From: a virus
Lineage: Duplodnaviria; Caudoviricetes
Virus record (IMG/VR): IMGVR_UViG_3300014204_000125
Coordinates: 51,336 to 115,335 of that record
DNA length: 64,000 bases
Reading direction: 5' to 3' (one strand)
How positions within the stretch are numbered: the stretch's first letter is position 1; each line of letters begins with the position of its first letter. Of the stretch, positions 28,666 through 39,163 are shown in pieces. The notes beneath the pieces were generated by a model. That model saw only the letters and a program-made list of their open reading frames with translations. It was not told the origin of the DNA and did no database searches. Both the position numbers and the translations under genes were made by a program.

Positions 28666-30330
28666 ATGGAAGTAAAAGAGACAAACATAAATTCGTACTT
28701 GAAAGAACTCAAGACGGCGAGTAATCTGACGGGGCCGAGTGAAGTGGATAAGCTGCCGGAGCCTGTTATTATACCCTACGATTCGACAAAAACAGATAAT
28801 TCGAATCCTGTTGATCCAGCTCCGATTGCTCTGGTTAAATCAATCGCTGATGAATATCTTAAAATGAAGGTAGCCGAGATCCCCGTTAAGATGAGCGAAG
28901 AGCAAAAGAACAACGTCGTTACTGCGATTCAGGATGCGTATGAAGACGTATCGAAGGACGAACTTCTTCCCGACCTTGTAACTGTCGTTGAGGGAAACCA
29001 AACCGATGTGGATCCTCATATAGTTAAACATATCGAGGAAAATTCCGAGATCCAGAGCGCAATCGTGAACACCAAGGACTTCCTGAATATTCTGAATGCG
29101 GCCGCGAAGGTGCTGCCGGTGATGAAAAGTTCCCCCATTTACACCATAAGGCTGGAGACGTTCGGAGGGCGGCAGGACAAGTCCAAAAACAAACTCAAGA
29201 TCCAGACAACCAATCTCGAAGTCTATTTCATAAGCAGCCTTGATATCGACGAAGACGATGCGACGTTCGATATCATGCTGGATCCCAAAAAGATCGTTGA
29301 CATCGTAAAGTCAATGACAACCCCGGAGATATGTCTCAAGACTCAGTCTTCCCGTAGTATGCTCACGGTGGTGGGCCAGTTCTCGATGGAGATGCCATAC
29401 ATGGATACCCTAGATAATTACCCGAATCTGCCTTTCGAAGAAAAAAAGGAAGACAAGAAAACTGTCAGCGAACTCAATAACGCAAATATTAAGACGGTCG
29501 ATTTTCTCAAGGCCGTCGAACAGATCGAGTATGCCAGGTCTGGGGACGCAGTGAAGCAGACATACCAGAAACTTTACATCGAATCCGAACACGGGGAGGC
29601 GAGGCTTGCCTGCACCGACGGGAAGCGGCTCGGGGTGGCTAAGGTTGCCTGTGAAATCAACTCAATGCCGAATAGCGAGCCATTCCTGAAGCGTTTCAAA
29701 AACCTTCTGGTCCCCGAATGCGTTACCGATTCCATAAAGGCGCTCAAGACGAAGGCGGAATTCGTTGCCTTTTCTTTTATCAAAAGATACAGTCTGCCCG
29801 TCACAGAGAAGCCCGAGTCACACTACGAGATCGCTAAATATGTAACCCTGATGCTCGGTAACAAACTGACCGGGGATACCCGATACATATTCGCCAATGA
29901 AGGCGTATTCCCGAACATAGATGCAGTTATCCCTAAAGAAGACGCCGCCAAGGTCAAGTTCTATGCAAACAAGGAGATTTTTACAAAAGCGATCGCGGGA
30001 CTCAAGCCGATATGGAAAGACACTGACTCCGTAACCCTGACATGCCGGACGGATTCGATTAGTTTGAGCGCCAGGAATGCGACAACCGCGGAAGCCGCAA
30101 TAATCATCACTGAGAAGCTGAACGACATAGCGACAACCCAAAGTGATTACGCTTTCCTCGTCACCCTAAACCCGAGGTATCTCTCGGAACTCGTGTCAAG
30201 GTTCGACAAGAAAGATGCGATCCTGTTTGAAATCGGCGGGGCGTCGAGTCCGATCGTTGTCAGCCTCAAGGATTGCAAAGGGACAGTTCATATTCTGATG
30301 CCGATAAGGCTGGGATACACGGGAAAATAA
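28666..30330 (+). CDS. dnaN: DNA polymerase III beta sliding clamp with acidic N-terminal extension
   Basis: TTNLEV, ACTDGKRL, GVFPNIDAVIP, LNPRYL, ILMPIR. Confidence 0.85.
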   Translation: MEVKETNINSYLKELKTASNLTGPSEVDKLPEPVIIPYDSTKTDNSNPVDPAPIALVKSIADEYLKMKVAEIPVKMSEEQKNNVVTAIQDAYEDVSKDELLPDLVTVVEGNQTDVDPHIVKHIEENSEIQSAIVNTKDFLNILNAAAKVLPVMKSSPIYTIRLETFGGRQDKSKNKLKIQTTNLEVYFISSLDIDEDDATFDIMLDPKKIVDIVKSMTTPEICLKTQSSRSMLTVVGQFSMEMPYMDTLDNYPNLPFEEKKEDKKTVSELNNANIKTVDFLKAVEQIEYARSGDAVKQTYQKLYIESEHGEARLACTDGKRLGVAKVACEINSMPNSEPFLKRFKNLLVPECVTDSIKALKTKAEFVAFSFIKRYSLPVTEKPESHYEIAKYVTLMLGNKLTGDTRYIFANEGVFPNIDAVIPKEDAAKVKFYANKEIFTKAIAGLKPIWKDTDSVTLTCRTDSISLSARNATTAEAAIIITEKLNDIATTQSDYAFLVTLNPRYLSELVSRFDKKDAILFEIGGASSPIVVSLKDCKGTVHILMPIRLGYTGK

Positions 30331-30340
30331 AGGGGGTAAT

Positions 30341-31891
30341 ATGAGTGACGCGATATTCAGGATGACAGCGAATGGCGACGCAGAGCTTGTCTGTTTCAAG
30401 TGCAAGACGAGGGTTGCGAAGACGATGATAGTGACTAACCGCAAGGCAAAAACGGAAGAGGAGGTTTGCGATGAATGTTTCCGGGACATAATGAATGAAC
30501 GGCGCCAAGAGAAAGCGAAAAGGTTCCTTGACTGGCAGAAAAGACACCAATTCGATTCAGATTATCTCGGACAGCTCGCAGTCAGGGTAATAATGAAGGC
30601 GGAGGATTAAATTAAAGCAAGCGGGGCGACAACTTCAAACCGCGAGGAGGCAAAATGAAGGGGTCAATCATTACCAAGAACGTAAGCGTCTACAACAAAC
30701 TCACGGTTGACGAGCAAGTAAAAGCGAATCTAATAATAAGTGTAAACGTGAAAGGGGATCGCATTCGAATTATCAAAAACAGATTCGGGAAAGACGAATT
30801 GCTCGCTAAGATCAGCAAGGCGTGTCAGGGCAATATCGATAAACTCGCCGTTATCATATTTCAGGAGGTTGAGGGGTAATGGACGAACTGCTTTGCCCCA
30901 ACTGCGGAAGTATTCTCGAACACTGTGACAGCGAGGACTCATGGACGGATTACTGGTGCGACAACTGTGAAACCGGGTATAATTCGGGAGCGTTTGAATT
31001 GGAGGAAATAGAATGATTACATGGTGACAGTATAAACAGGACAGGGAACACGAGATCTGGTTGAGATGGCGCAGGGAATCCTCTCCGGGGGAACGGGATC
31101 AGATGTGGCGGGATTACTATGAAATGAAGAACGGGAGGTAACACCCATGAATTTAAAAAAATACGGCTATATCCTATCAGTCGAAGACCATAGCAAAGAA
31201 CGATGGGAAAAGCCAATGCGAGAAAACGGGATGATTGTAGGGCATGAAGTGGTCCACCATACCAAATCTAAAAAACTCTACACCTTGGGATACGATTCTA
31301 TTGCTTGGGGCTTTTTACCTGAAACAATTACATTAAATCTCTCGGTTGTTGAAAAGATATTAAGGGAGGACGCAAAGCGATGTGGGTAATATACGACCCT
31401 AAATCCTATGATGGAGTTGGATATTTTCAAATAGCCGCTTTCCATAATGAAAAGGATGCAAGATTGTGTCTGTCTCTCTATAATTACTTAAATGGTGCCG
31501 GTTTCTGGGAATTAAGGTTCGAGGCTAAGGCAAGAATACTTTATGTGTGAGGTGTAGAATGATAGTAATGACTGAAGAGCGGTATCTGTCGATTAACGAT
31601 GCGAGCCGGCAGGACTACGGGGATTGCGCTATGCACAAAAACATCAAACAGGATCGTAATAAAGAGATCATGATTAAAAGAATGGTCGAAAAAGGCCATG
31701 CCCTCACAGAGAAGAGAGCAAGACTTCGCGAAGAATACAGAAAGAAATGCGAAGCCGGAGAAATGAGACCTCCAACCCGGATTGAGCAGTTAATCGAAAA
31801 CGCAAATGCACACGAAGACCACGAGGCCACGTTAGCCGCAAGACGGTTGCTGGAAAAGAAAGGAATAGATTGGAGGAACTACATTCTATGA
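30341..31891 (+). other. Small hypothetical genes (30341-30610, 30655-30879, 31147-31389, ~31559-31891 and shorter ORFs)
   Basis: Co-oriented ORFs with RBSs. Confidence 0.6.
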
Positions 31892-32538
31892 GCCTACAAA
31901 ATTATGTCAAGATCAGTGACGGCAACATCAAATTGGGTAAGGGGATTATTTACAGCGTAAGCCTTACCCCCGGGGAATCATGCAAGCCCGGAGTCCCATG
32001 TTTCAAGCCCGCCAAGCAAGGCGGTGGGTGCTACTGCGCCAAGGCCATGAGGTTGTATCCGACGGTCAGGGCGGCATGGGGATTCAACCTGGATATGGCG
32101 AAGAACATGCCGGATAAATATTTCGGGGGCATTGAAGAATACATAAAGGAGAAGTCGGTTAAATTCTTCAGGTTCCATGTCTCGGGGGATATACCCTCTC
32201 AGGATTATTTCAGAAGTATGCTTATAACCGCGTTCGACTGCCCTGATACGAAATTTTTGTGCTTCACAAAGCGAGATGATATACTAACTAAAAGTTTAAA
32301 AGCCAAAGCCCATCTGCCCCGTAATATGAAACTAATATATTCGGTCTGGCCCGGAGTCGAGCTACCCGACAGATCGAAAATGTATTACAATGGCGAGCCG
32401 ATTCCGTTTGCGTGGGTGTTAGACCACAAGAATCCAGACCCTCGTATCCCAGAGGACGCATTGATATGCCCCGGCAAGTGCGACCTGTGCTTTATGTGCT
32501 GGGATGCAAGGCATGACATTGTGTTTCCAAAACATTAG
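31888..32538 (+). CDS. GP88-family protein
   Basis: GNIKLG, C..C..CY, FRFHVSGDI, FTKR, CPGKCDLCFMCW...IVFPKH. Confidence 0.85.
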   Translation: MSLQNYVKISDGNIKLGKGIIYSVSLTPGESCKPGVPCFKPAKQGGGCYCAKAMRLYPTVRAAWGFNLDMAKNMPDKYFGGIEEYIKEKSVKFFRFHVSGDIPSQDYFRSMLITAFDCPDTKFLCFTKRDDILTKSLKAKAHLPRNMKLIYSVWPGVELPDRSKMYYNGEPIPFAWVLDHKNPDPRIPEDALICPGKCDLCFMCWDARHDIVFPKH

Positions 32539-32547
32539 GAGGTTAGA

Positions 32548-34982
32548 ATGACTAAATATCAACCCAGATGGGTCGCGTTCTGTCGGGTTCACAGAATACC
32601 AGAAGATGTCCACGACAACCCGCCTAAAGAAAATATAAATCACACAATGGTGAATATAATGTTTACCCAGTGGATCGACACAATGATACATCAATTATTC
32701 CCCGTCAAAGAATGGGGCGATCATTGCTCGGATAAACAACTCAAAGACATGGACAAATACATTAACTCGATGCCGGCTAACACAACGCCAAGTGAATTGC
32801 CAATGTATTCAGAACAGAAACATTAGGAGGCGAAGATGAAATGGACCGTGCGAAAGTTTTGTTTTAGTTGCAAAAACCAAGATATTAAGCCTAAATGCAA
32901 AAAATGCTTGCGGTTTTCTTTATGGGAGGCGCAAGACTCCATTTTGGAAGCAGTAAAAGAAATGAACCTAAAAGACGAAAACACAAGAAGAATTGGATAT
33001 CCTTTCTTGTCAGGGTTTCTTAGACCGGATCCAAGATTATTTTTAGAGTAGGAGGCCAGTATGGGTCATAACCAAGAAGTAATTCAAGGCTTACTACAAC
33101 TCGATTACTGCGATCGCCAGACGCTTCAAAGCATTGATTGCAGCCTGAGCAATCTGGTTGAAGAAGTCAGGAAAGCGAATAAACTGAAGGCGATCGAAAT
33201 CTTGACAGCCCAAGGCGCAATAGGGGCAAATGAGGCAATTGTAAGAGTAGAGGAGATGGGATTGCGTGAATGAAACATGGCAGCAATTTAGCGAACGGAT
33301 CTGGAGTTTAAAAGCAGACTTCAACCCGTTTCTGGTTCAAGATGGCTGGATAAGTCAAGTCGCGGATGCTTTAAAGCGAGGTGAAAATATTCCCGAAAAC
33401 ATTTTAACATCCCATTCCGAAATCGAATTTAAAGATGGGATTCCATACTGGAGGCGAACTTATGAATGAGCCCTGCGAATTCTTTCTCGCAATCGCAAAT
33501 TATACGGACGGAACCGTATGCGATTGGACGATAACGGCAACCCAAGAACTCGCTCTTGAATTCCTTGACAAGACAGGCAAGCGGGTGCTCACAGAACAAG
33601 CGAGAAAGGGCATGGAATTGTTTCATGCAAGTGATTTGAAATGTTTCGTACTAACGGGGGTATTGGAAGTGAGGGAGCAATGAACGAAATAAAAGATATT
33701 ACAGTGTTCAATAAATTTATAAAACAAATCGAAAAAAAATATCCCGATATTGTGGCGGGGTTTCAAAGCGCAGAGGACACATTTATTCCCGATACAATCG
33801 GCTTCGTAGCGCACCCTGCGAATATCAACGATAAAAAGCGGGTATCGGTTTTGGTTGGGATTCGACCTCCCGATGACATAAAGCCTTGTGAGCATTTTTG
33901 GTCATGGAGGAACCTTGGTGACATAAAAGACCTGAAGAAACGCATTCTGACTCTTGTAGAAAAGATGGTGAATGAATGAAGAAGCTATGGGCGGTGTTCA
34001 AAAAGAACTCCAAAACATTTGGAAAATATGTTTTTGCAGATGCCTATGTCAATAAACTAAACGCTCAAGCTTGCGAAAGATTAATAAAACAATACGAGGG
34101 CGGCTGGACGAAAATTGAAAAGTATTTCACGAGTCAAAAGGAGCCATTAATGTATCTCGCAATCTTGACTTTACTCAACGGGGACCTCTATAAAGTGAAA
34201 GTCTTCACCCGATACAAACAAGCAATGGCATGGGCCAAGTGGGTCACTAAAATCGACGAGAAGTCGAGGGTCGGGAATATCAAAGTGAATATAATTAAGG
34301 CGGAGGTGGAGGATGAGGCTTAAAGAAATATCCTATGATAACTACAATCGCCGGCTTCAGCGACTTGAGCGTAAGAACCTCGAAACATGTGGATCCTCGA
34401 CTTCATGGGTATCCATTGGGAACCATGCTTCGAATTTCAGGGGGATTAAAGAATGCAAAATGGACTCTGAGACCCTGATAATTGACGAGGACGCATTTAA
34501 ACAATTAAGGGATAAATTCAAAAGATATTGAGGTGGAAAATGAATCTGGTGTTTACAAAAAAAGACGCTAATAAAATACTTGGAAGGTGTTCAGGGTGCG
34601 GCAGGGAGATTTTAGTGGAACATCTTCCCGGAATGTCCCATCTATCTCAGATCGATCTCGATTTAGTAACTTATTTCACATGTCCGAACCCCAACTGTGT
34701 ATGTAGCAGCGGAGGAACTTCAGAGGCAGAGGGAAAGGACTTAGTTAAAAATCTTATTAAAATTTAAGGAGGCAAACTATGTCAAAACTACCCTGGGGTG
34801 CTGGTAAAATAGTGAAGCAATTCAAATCGGTGGATCCCCATCTCATCATCGAGTTCGAGAAATACCACAGGAAAGTTATGCGACAACATTTGGCAAACGC
34901 GGCTGAGGAGAAGAAAATGATCCTTGTCTTGAAGGCGATTAGAAAGGGCAAGGAAAAGAAACGGGTGAATCGTGAAAAATAA
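32548..34982 (+). other. Run of small hypothetical genes (32548-32826, 32836-33051, 33061-33273, 33266-33469, ~33462-33683, ~33680-33979, 33976-34323, 34313-34531, ~34540-34767, 34779-34982)
   Basis: Translationally coupled ORFs. Confidence 0.7.
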
Positions 34983-35874
34983 CTGGGAGCCGCCGCTTCG
35001 CAATGTCGAGTTAATGCCTGTTTCCGGCGGGAACTTAAAGGCATTACTGAACTCTGGGGCGGATGCCATTTACATTTATGACATCGGCCCGCATTTCGAG
35101 TATTACTGTAACACCGAGGAGATCTTGGAGTCCCCGGGGCTACAGGGAAGGATCGTGGAATGGATCGATCATCACACTTACGCTTGGAAATCCGAGACCC
35201 TTGAGAAACACAAGTTTCTACACATTCGAGAATCGCTTGCGTGTTCGAGCCTCGTGAGCCAAATCCAAATCAGACCGAGGCAAAGCGTAACGATCGCGTA
35301 TTCGAATGATGTAGATGGGTTCATATCGACCCTGATAGCGTTATGCGAAAACAAAATGAGCCTGGACGGACTCTTTACTATCTGTGGGGTTGCCCAAGCC
35401 TGCGACACAGCCGACTTCATTCGGAACCCCGAGGCTTTGAAATGGCACAAGGCGGTATCCGCGAACAGGCATTACAGGCTCATCTGGGATCTCTATGAAA
35501 GCGTGAGCAAAAAGGAAACCTGGTGGAATCAATGCTCTAATTTCAAGAAGTCTATCGAGAAGTACGATAAGACGATTCTACCGGCGAACCAGAGAATGAT
35601 AAAGGAAAGGAGGTGCTATAAGGGGGTGCCGATCGTAAACTCGGCATTCGTCGATATCTGTGATATATCGTATATCGCGGATTATTTGAGGAAGCAATCT
35701 CGTTTCTTGGTAATAGAAAGCAACGGGGCAATCAAAGTTACATGCAACGACCCCGGGATCAATTTATCCGCGATATTCGGCAGCATTGGCGCGCCTTTTA
35801 AGGTGTCAATAAAAAGAAAAGGAAATGTCTTGACACCCGAGGCGATTGTAGATATAATATTATCGAGGGTATAA
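34972..35874 (+). CDS. DHH-family phosphoesterase (atypical motif order)
   Basis: IYIYDIG, WIDHH, ACSSLV, SNDVDG, ACDT. Confidence 0.65.
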   Translation: MKNNWEPPLRNVELMPVSGGNLKALLNSGADAIYIYDIGPHFEYYCNTEEILESPGLQGRIVEWIDHHTYAWKSETLEKHKFLHIRESLACSSLVSQIQIRPRQSVTIAYSNDVDGFISTLIALCENKMSLDGLFTICGVAQACDTADFIRNPEALKWHKAVSANRHYRLIWDLYESVSKKETWWNQCSNFKKSIEKYDKTILPANQRMIKERRCYKGVPIVNSAFVDICDISYIADYLRKQSRFLVIESNGAIKVTCNDPGINLSAIFGSIGAPFKVSIKRKGNVLTPEAIVDIILSRV

Positions 35875-35974
35875 GGGAGGGGAACATGCAACTCATTGAA
35901 TTTGCGATTATTTTCGCATTGTCATTCGCTTGTAACTTAGCCAAATCATTTTCAGGGGAAAGGAAATAGTCAAG

Positions 35975-36394
35975 ATGAAACATAGTCTTGTCCAGCGCGA
36001 GCTTTCTCCCGGGGTCTATATAAACAACCCACTCCGTAGCGTTAAACTACAGTGTCATAACTGCTTGCAAAGCCGCAATGTTAACGATTACGATCTCGAG
36101 TATCGCAAAGACCAGCCTTATCTTATATGCCGTAAGTGCTACATGAAATACAGCACGGCCGGCTACATAGACGAGTCGGATGTGCATGTCGAGATCATAA
36201 CAAATCAAGCCATCGAGACCGAACGGTTTTACATCGAGGGCGCGACGAAAGCTTTCTGTTATGAAGGCACGGGTTTAATCATAACCCCCGAGAACTACTA
36301 TACTCTCAGGACGGGCTATGTAATCTCGATTGCGAAGGGGCCGATCATCCTAAAGAAAAGCCCCGGGGAAATACTTAAAGTACACATTTACTGA
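35975..36394 (+). CDS. Hypothetical protein with N-terminal CxxC pairs
   Basis: CHNC...CRKC. Confidence 0.6.
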   Translation: MKHSLVQRELSPGVYINNPLRSVKLQCHNCLQSRNVNDYDLEYRKDQPYLICRKCYMKYSTAGYIDESDVHVEIITNQAIETERFYIEGATKAFCYEGTGLIITPENYYTLRTGYVISIAKGPIILKKSPGEILKVHIY

Positions 36395-36403
36395 GGAGGA
36401 AAT

Positions 36404-37609
36404 ATGATAGGAGTCGATACGGGCCATAAAACTCCCATAAAGATATGGGTGTCGAATATTGAAGAGGGCGCATTGAATCAGGCATATAATCTAGCAGATC
36501 TTCCTTTTGTTTTTAAACATATCGCCCTTATGCCTGATTCCCATCAGGGTTATGGGATGCCCATAGGTGGCGTGCTTGCAACCAAAGGTATAATAATCCC
36601 AAACGCTGTCGGAGTAGATATTTCTTGTGGCGTAGCCTGTATCAAAACAAGCCTTAAAACAGAAACAACTTCGATTGAGCAAATTAAGGAACTCATGGGC
36701 TTTATCCGAAAAGCTATCCCTCTCGGACATAACCATCACAGCGAAGCAAAAATATCCGAAATGGAATTTTATTGCGGGCCAAAGGATTCAATAAATAAAG
36801 ATAAATATCCTATTTTCTATCAGGAATACAATTCGGCAACTCACCAGATAGGCACGCTCGGCGGAGGAAATCACTTTATAGAAATCCAAAAAGACCCGGA
36901 AGGGTTTATATGGGTCATGATTCACTCCGGTTCCCGCAATATTGGAAAAAAGGTAGCAGACCATTACAATGAAAGAGCAAAAAACGAAAACTGGAGATGG
37001 TTCTCTTCGGTCCCTAAAGAGGTAGATCTTGCATTTCTTCCTCTCGAATCGGAGATTGGACTTCAGTATTTTAAAGAACAACAAATGTGCGGCACGTTCG
37101 CGAAAGCAAACAGGGAAGTAATGTTATCTTCCATTATGGCAATAATAAAAAATATGTTCCCTGAATGCGAATTTCTTCCTATCGTATATGAAAATCCGAT
37201 ATTTGACATCGCTCATAACTATGCCGACATCGAGAACCACTTCGGCGTCAATGTAATTGTACATCGCAAGGGAGCCACGAGAGCATATGAAGGCCAACTT
37301 GGGATAATCCCGGGAAGCCAAGGCACAAAATCATATATAGTGAGAGGGCTCGGCAACCCCGACTCATTCAAGTCGTGTTCTCACGGCGCCGGCCGTAAGA
37401 TGGGCCGCAAGGTAGCGCAGCAAAGCCTTAATCTTCAGGATGAAATAGATCGAATGAATTCGCAAGGAATCGTTCACAGTATTCGTTCGGCAAAAGATCT
37501 TGACGAGGCCGCGGGGGCTTACAAGGACATAGACGAAGTAATGGAAAACCAGAAAGACCTCGTTGAAATCGTAACCGAACTTAAACCAATCGCAGTTATA
37601 AAAGCATAG
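36404..37609 (+). CDS. rtcB: RNA 3'-phosphate/2',3'-cyclic phosphate ligase RtcB
   Basis: MPDSHQGYGMPIG, VGVDISCG, GTLGGGNHFIE, IHSGSR, HNY, HRKGA, PGSQG, SHGAGR, YKDI. Confidence 0.97.
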   Translation: MIGVDTGHKTPIKIWVSNIEEGALNQAYNLADLPFVFKHIALMPDSHQGYGMPIGGVLATKGIIIPNAVGVDISCGVACIKTSLKTETTSIEQIKELMGFIRKAIPLGHNHHSEAKISEMEFYCGPKDSINKDKYPIFYQEYNSATHQIGTLGGGNHFIEIQKDPEGFIWVMIHSGSRNIGKKVADHYNERAKNENWRWFSSVPKEVDLAFLPLESEIGLQYFKEQQMCGTFAKANREVMLSSIMAIIKNMFPECEFLPIVYENPIFDIAHNYADIENHFGVNVIVHRKGATRAYEGQLGIIPGSQGTKSYIVRGLGNPDSFKSCSHGAGRKMGRKVAQQSLNLQDEIDRMNSQGIVHSIRSAKDLDEAAGAYKDIDEVMENQKDLVEIVTELKPIAVIKA

Positions 37610-37943
37610 GAGGCAATATGGATCTTTTGGTGTGCGCCGTTAAAGTTAAAAACGTCGAGATCGGAATGGACGTAATTAACGGCAAGGAAACATACTATAC
37701 GACAACATCGGTTGAAGTTGGACCGCGTCCCGACAGTTTGTCAAATTTGAACATCAAACCTGGGAAGCTGCCAAAACCGCCCTTACGGAAATAATTTCCA
37801 AAATAAACAGTTTCATTTGGGCGGTCTGCGAAGTAACGGGGGATTCGAAGATCTTCGTCAAAAACCTCAAATTTAACGTGAACGCGGATTTCTCGAAAAA
37901 AATAGAAGAAATATTACAGAAATATTAAAATATGGGAGGAAAT

Positions 37944-39152
37944 ATGTCAGAAAAAAGGGAAAACAAACAACTCACGATCGTTAATATGGCATACGAGAGC
38001 GCTGTCAAGGCGTGGTCAATGCCGGAGCAGGAACTCAAGACAATCTTCGGTCCCGATCTCACCGTAAACGAATTCACAGTGTTCCTTGGGATGGGAAGAG
38101 CGTTAGGCGCTAATCCATTCCTGAGAGAGATATGGGCGGTAAAATACAATAAATCCAAACCGGCTTCGATATTTCTCGGCCGCGATTTCTATCGCAGGAA
38201 ACTTCAGGAACAGCCCAATTACATTGATCACATCGTGAAGCCCATATTCACGAATGATGATCTCGAAATAGGCCCCGACCAGAAGATCCTAAAACATAAC
38301 CATAATTTCAAGGAACGCGGCGGGCTTATCGGTGCGTACTGCTGCCTTATATGCACTGATTCACAGGGCAAGGAAAGGCACCGCACCCATATCGTTTATA
38401 TGGAAGAATACGCACAGACAAAGGAAGTCTGGGCGAATGGACAGCCCACGGGCCAGAGAGTTCTCACCGAAACATGGGCCGGCAAACCCATAACAATGAT
38501 ATGCAAAGTCGCGGAAGCCCAGTGCATTCGTATGTACTATCAGAGTCTCTTCGCTGGGACTTACGACGAGTCCGAGGCATGGTATGAGGCCAATAAAGCC
38601 AAGGAACTCGCGGAAGAAAAATTCAGAGACCTCCCCGCAATGCAAAATCAGCAACAGATAACCGGCGCGGAGCAACAGGCACAGTATCCCGGATATGAAC
38701 CCGTCGATACCGTACAGTCAGGACAGACCCAGATGGAGATCCCTGCGGAAACAGTGCAGGCTCCCGTTAATCCCTACATTACCCCGGCACAGACGGCCCC
38801 GGCGCCGACAGTACAGCCACAGGCCCAGACGCCCCCGTCGGCTTCCCAGACGGGAGACCCCACAAGGGATTACCTCATGGGCAAGATCGTTGAAATAAAA
38901 GAAAGATTTTTCCCATCTTCTCCGGTAAACGATGAAAAAGTAAACTCATCTGCGGCTATGGCATTCCGCAATAAATGCCTCGAAGTCACGGGTAATCCGA
39001 ACCTTTCGATTAAGGCAAGCACGAACGCGGAAGTCGAAACTCTTCTCGTCAGACTCGAAATGGCGCTATCGAATACAGCGAAGCCGGCACCCGTTGCCAA
39101 TGGAATCCCCGGTGCGGGAATGCCCAATGATCCCTACGCCAAGAAATTCTAA
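37944..39152 (+). CDS. bet: Bet/RecT-family single-strand annealing protein with Q/P-rich linker
   Basis: ANPFLREIWAVKY, GRDFYRR, WAGKPITMICKVAEAQCIR, GTYDESE. Confidence 0.85.
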   Translation: MSEKRENKQLTIVNMAYESAVKAWSMPEQELKTIFGPDLTVNEFTVFLGMGRALGANPFLREIWAVKYNKSKPASIFLGRDFYRRKLQEQPNYIDHIVKPIFTNDDLEIGPDQKILKHNHNFKERGGLIGAYCCLICTDSQGKERHRTHIVYMEEYAQTKEVWANGQPTGQRVLTETWAGKPITMICKVAEAQCIRMYYQSLFAGTYDESEAWYEANKAKELAEEKFRDLPAMQNQQQITGAEQQAQYPGYEPVDTVQSGQTQMEIPAETVQAPVNPYITPAQTAPAPTVQPQAQTPPSASQTGDPTRDYLMGKIVEIKERFFPSSPVNDEKVNSSAAMAFRNKCLEVTGNPNLSIKASTNAEVETLLVRLEMALSNTAKPAPVANGIPGAGMPNDPYAKKF

Positions 39153-39163
39153 GGAGCGAACTT

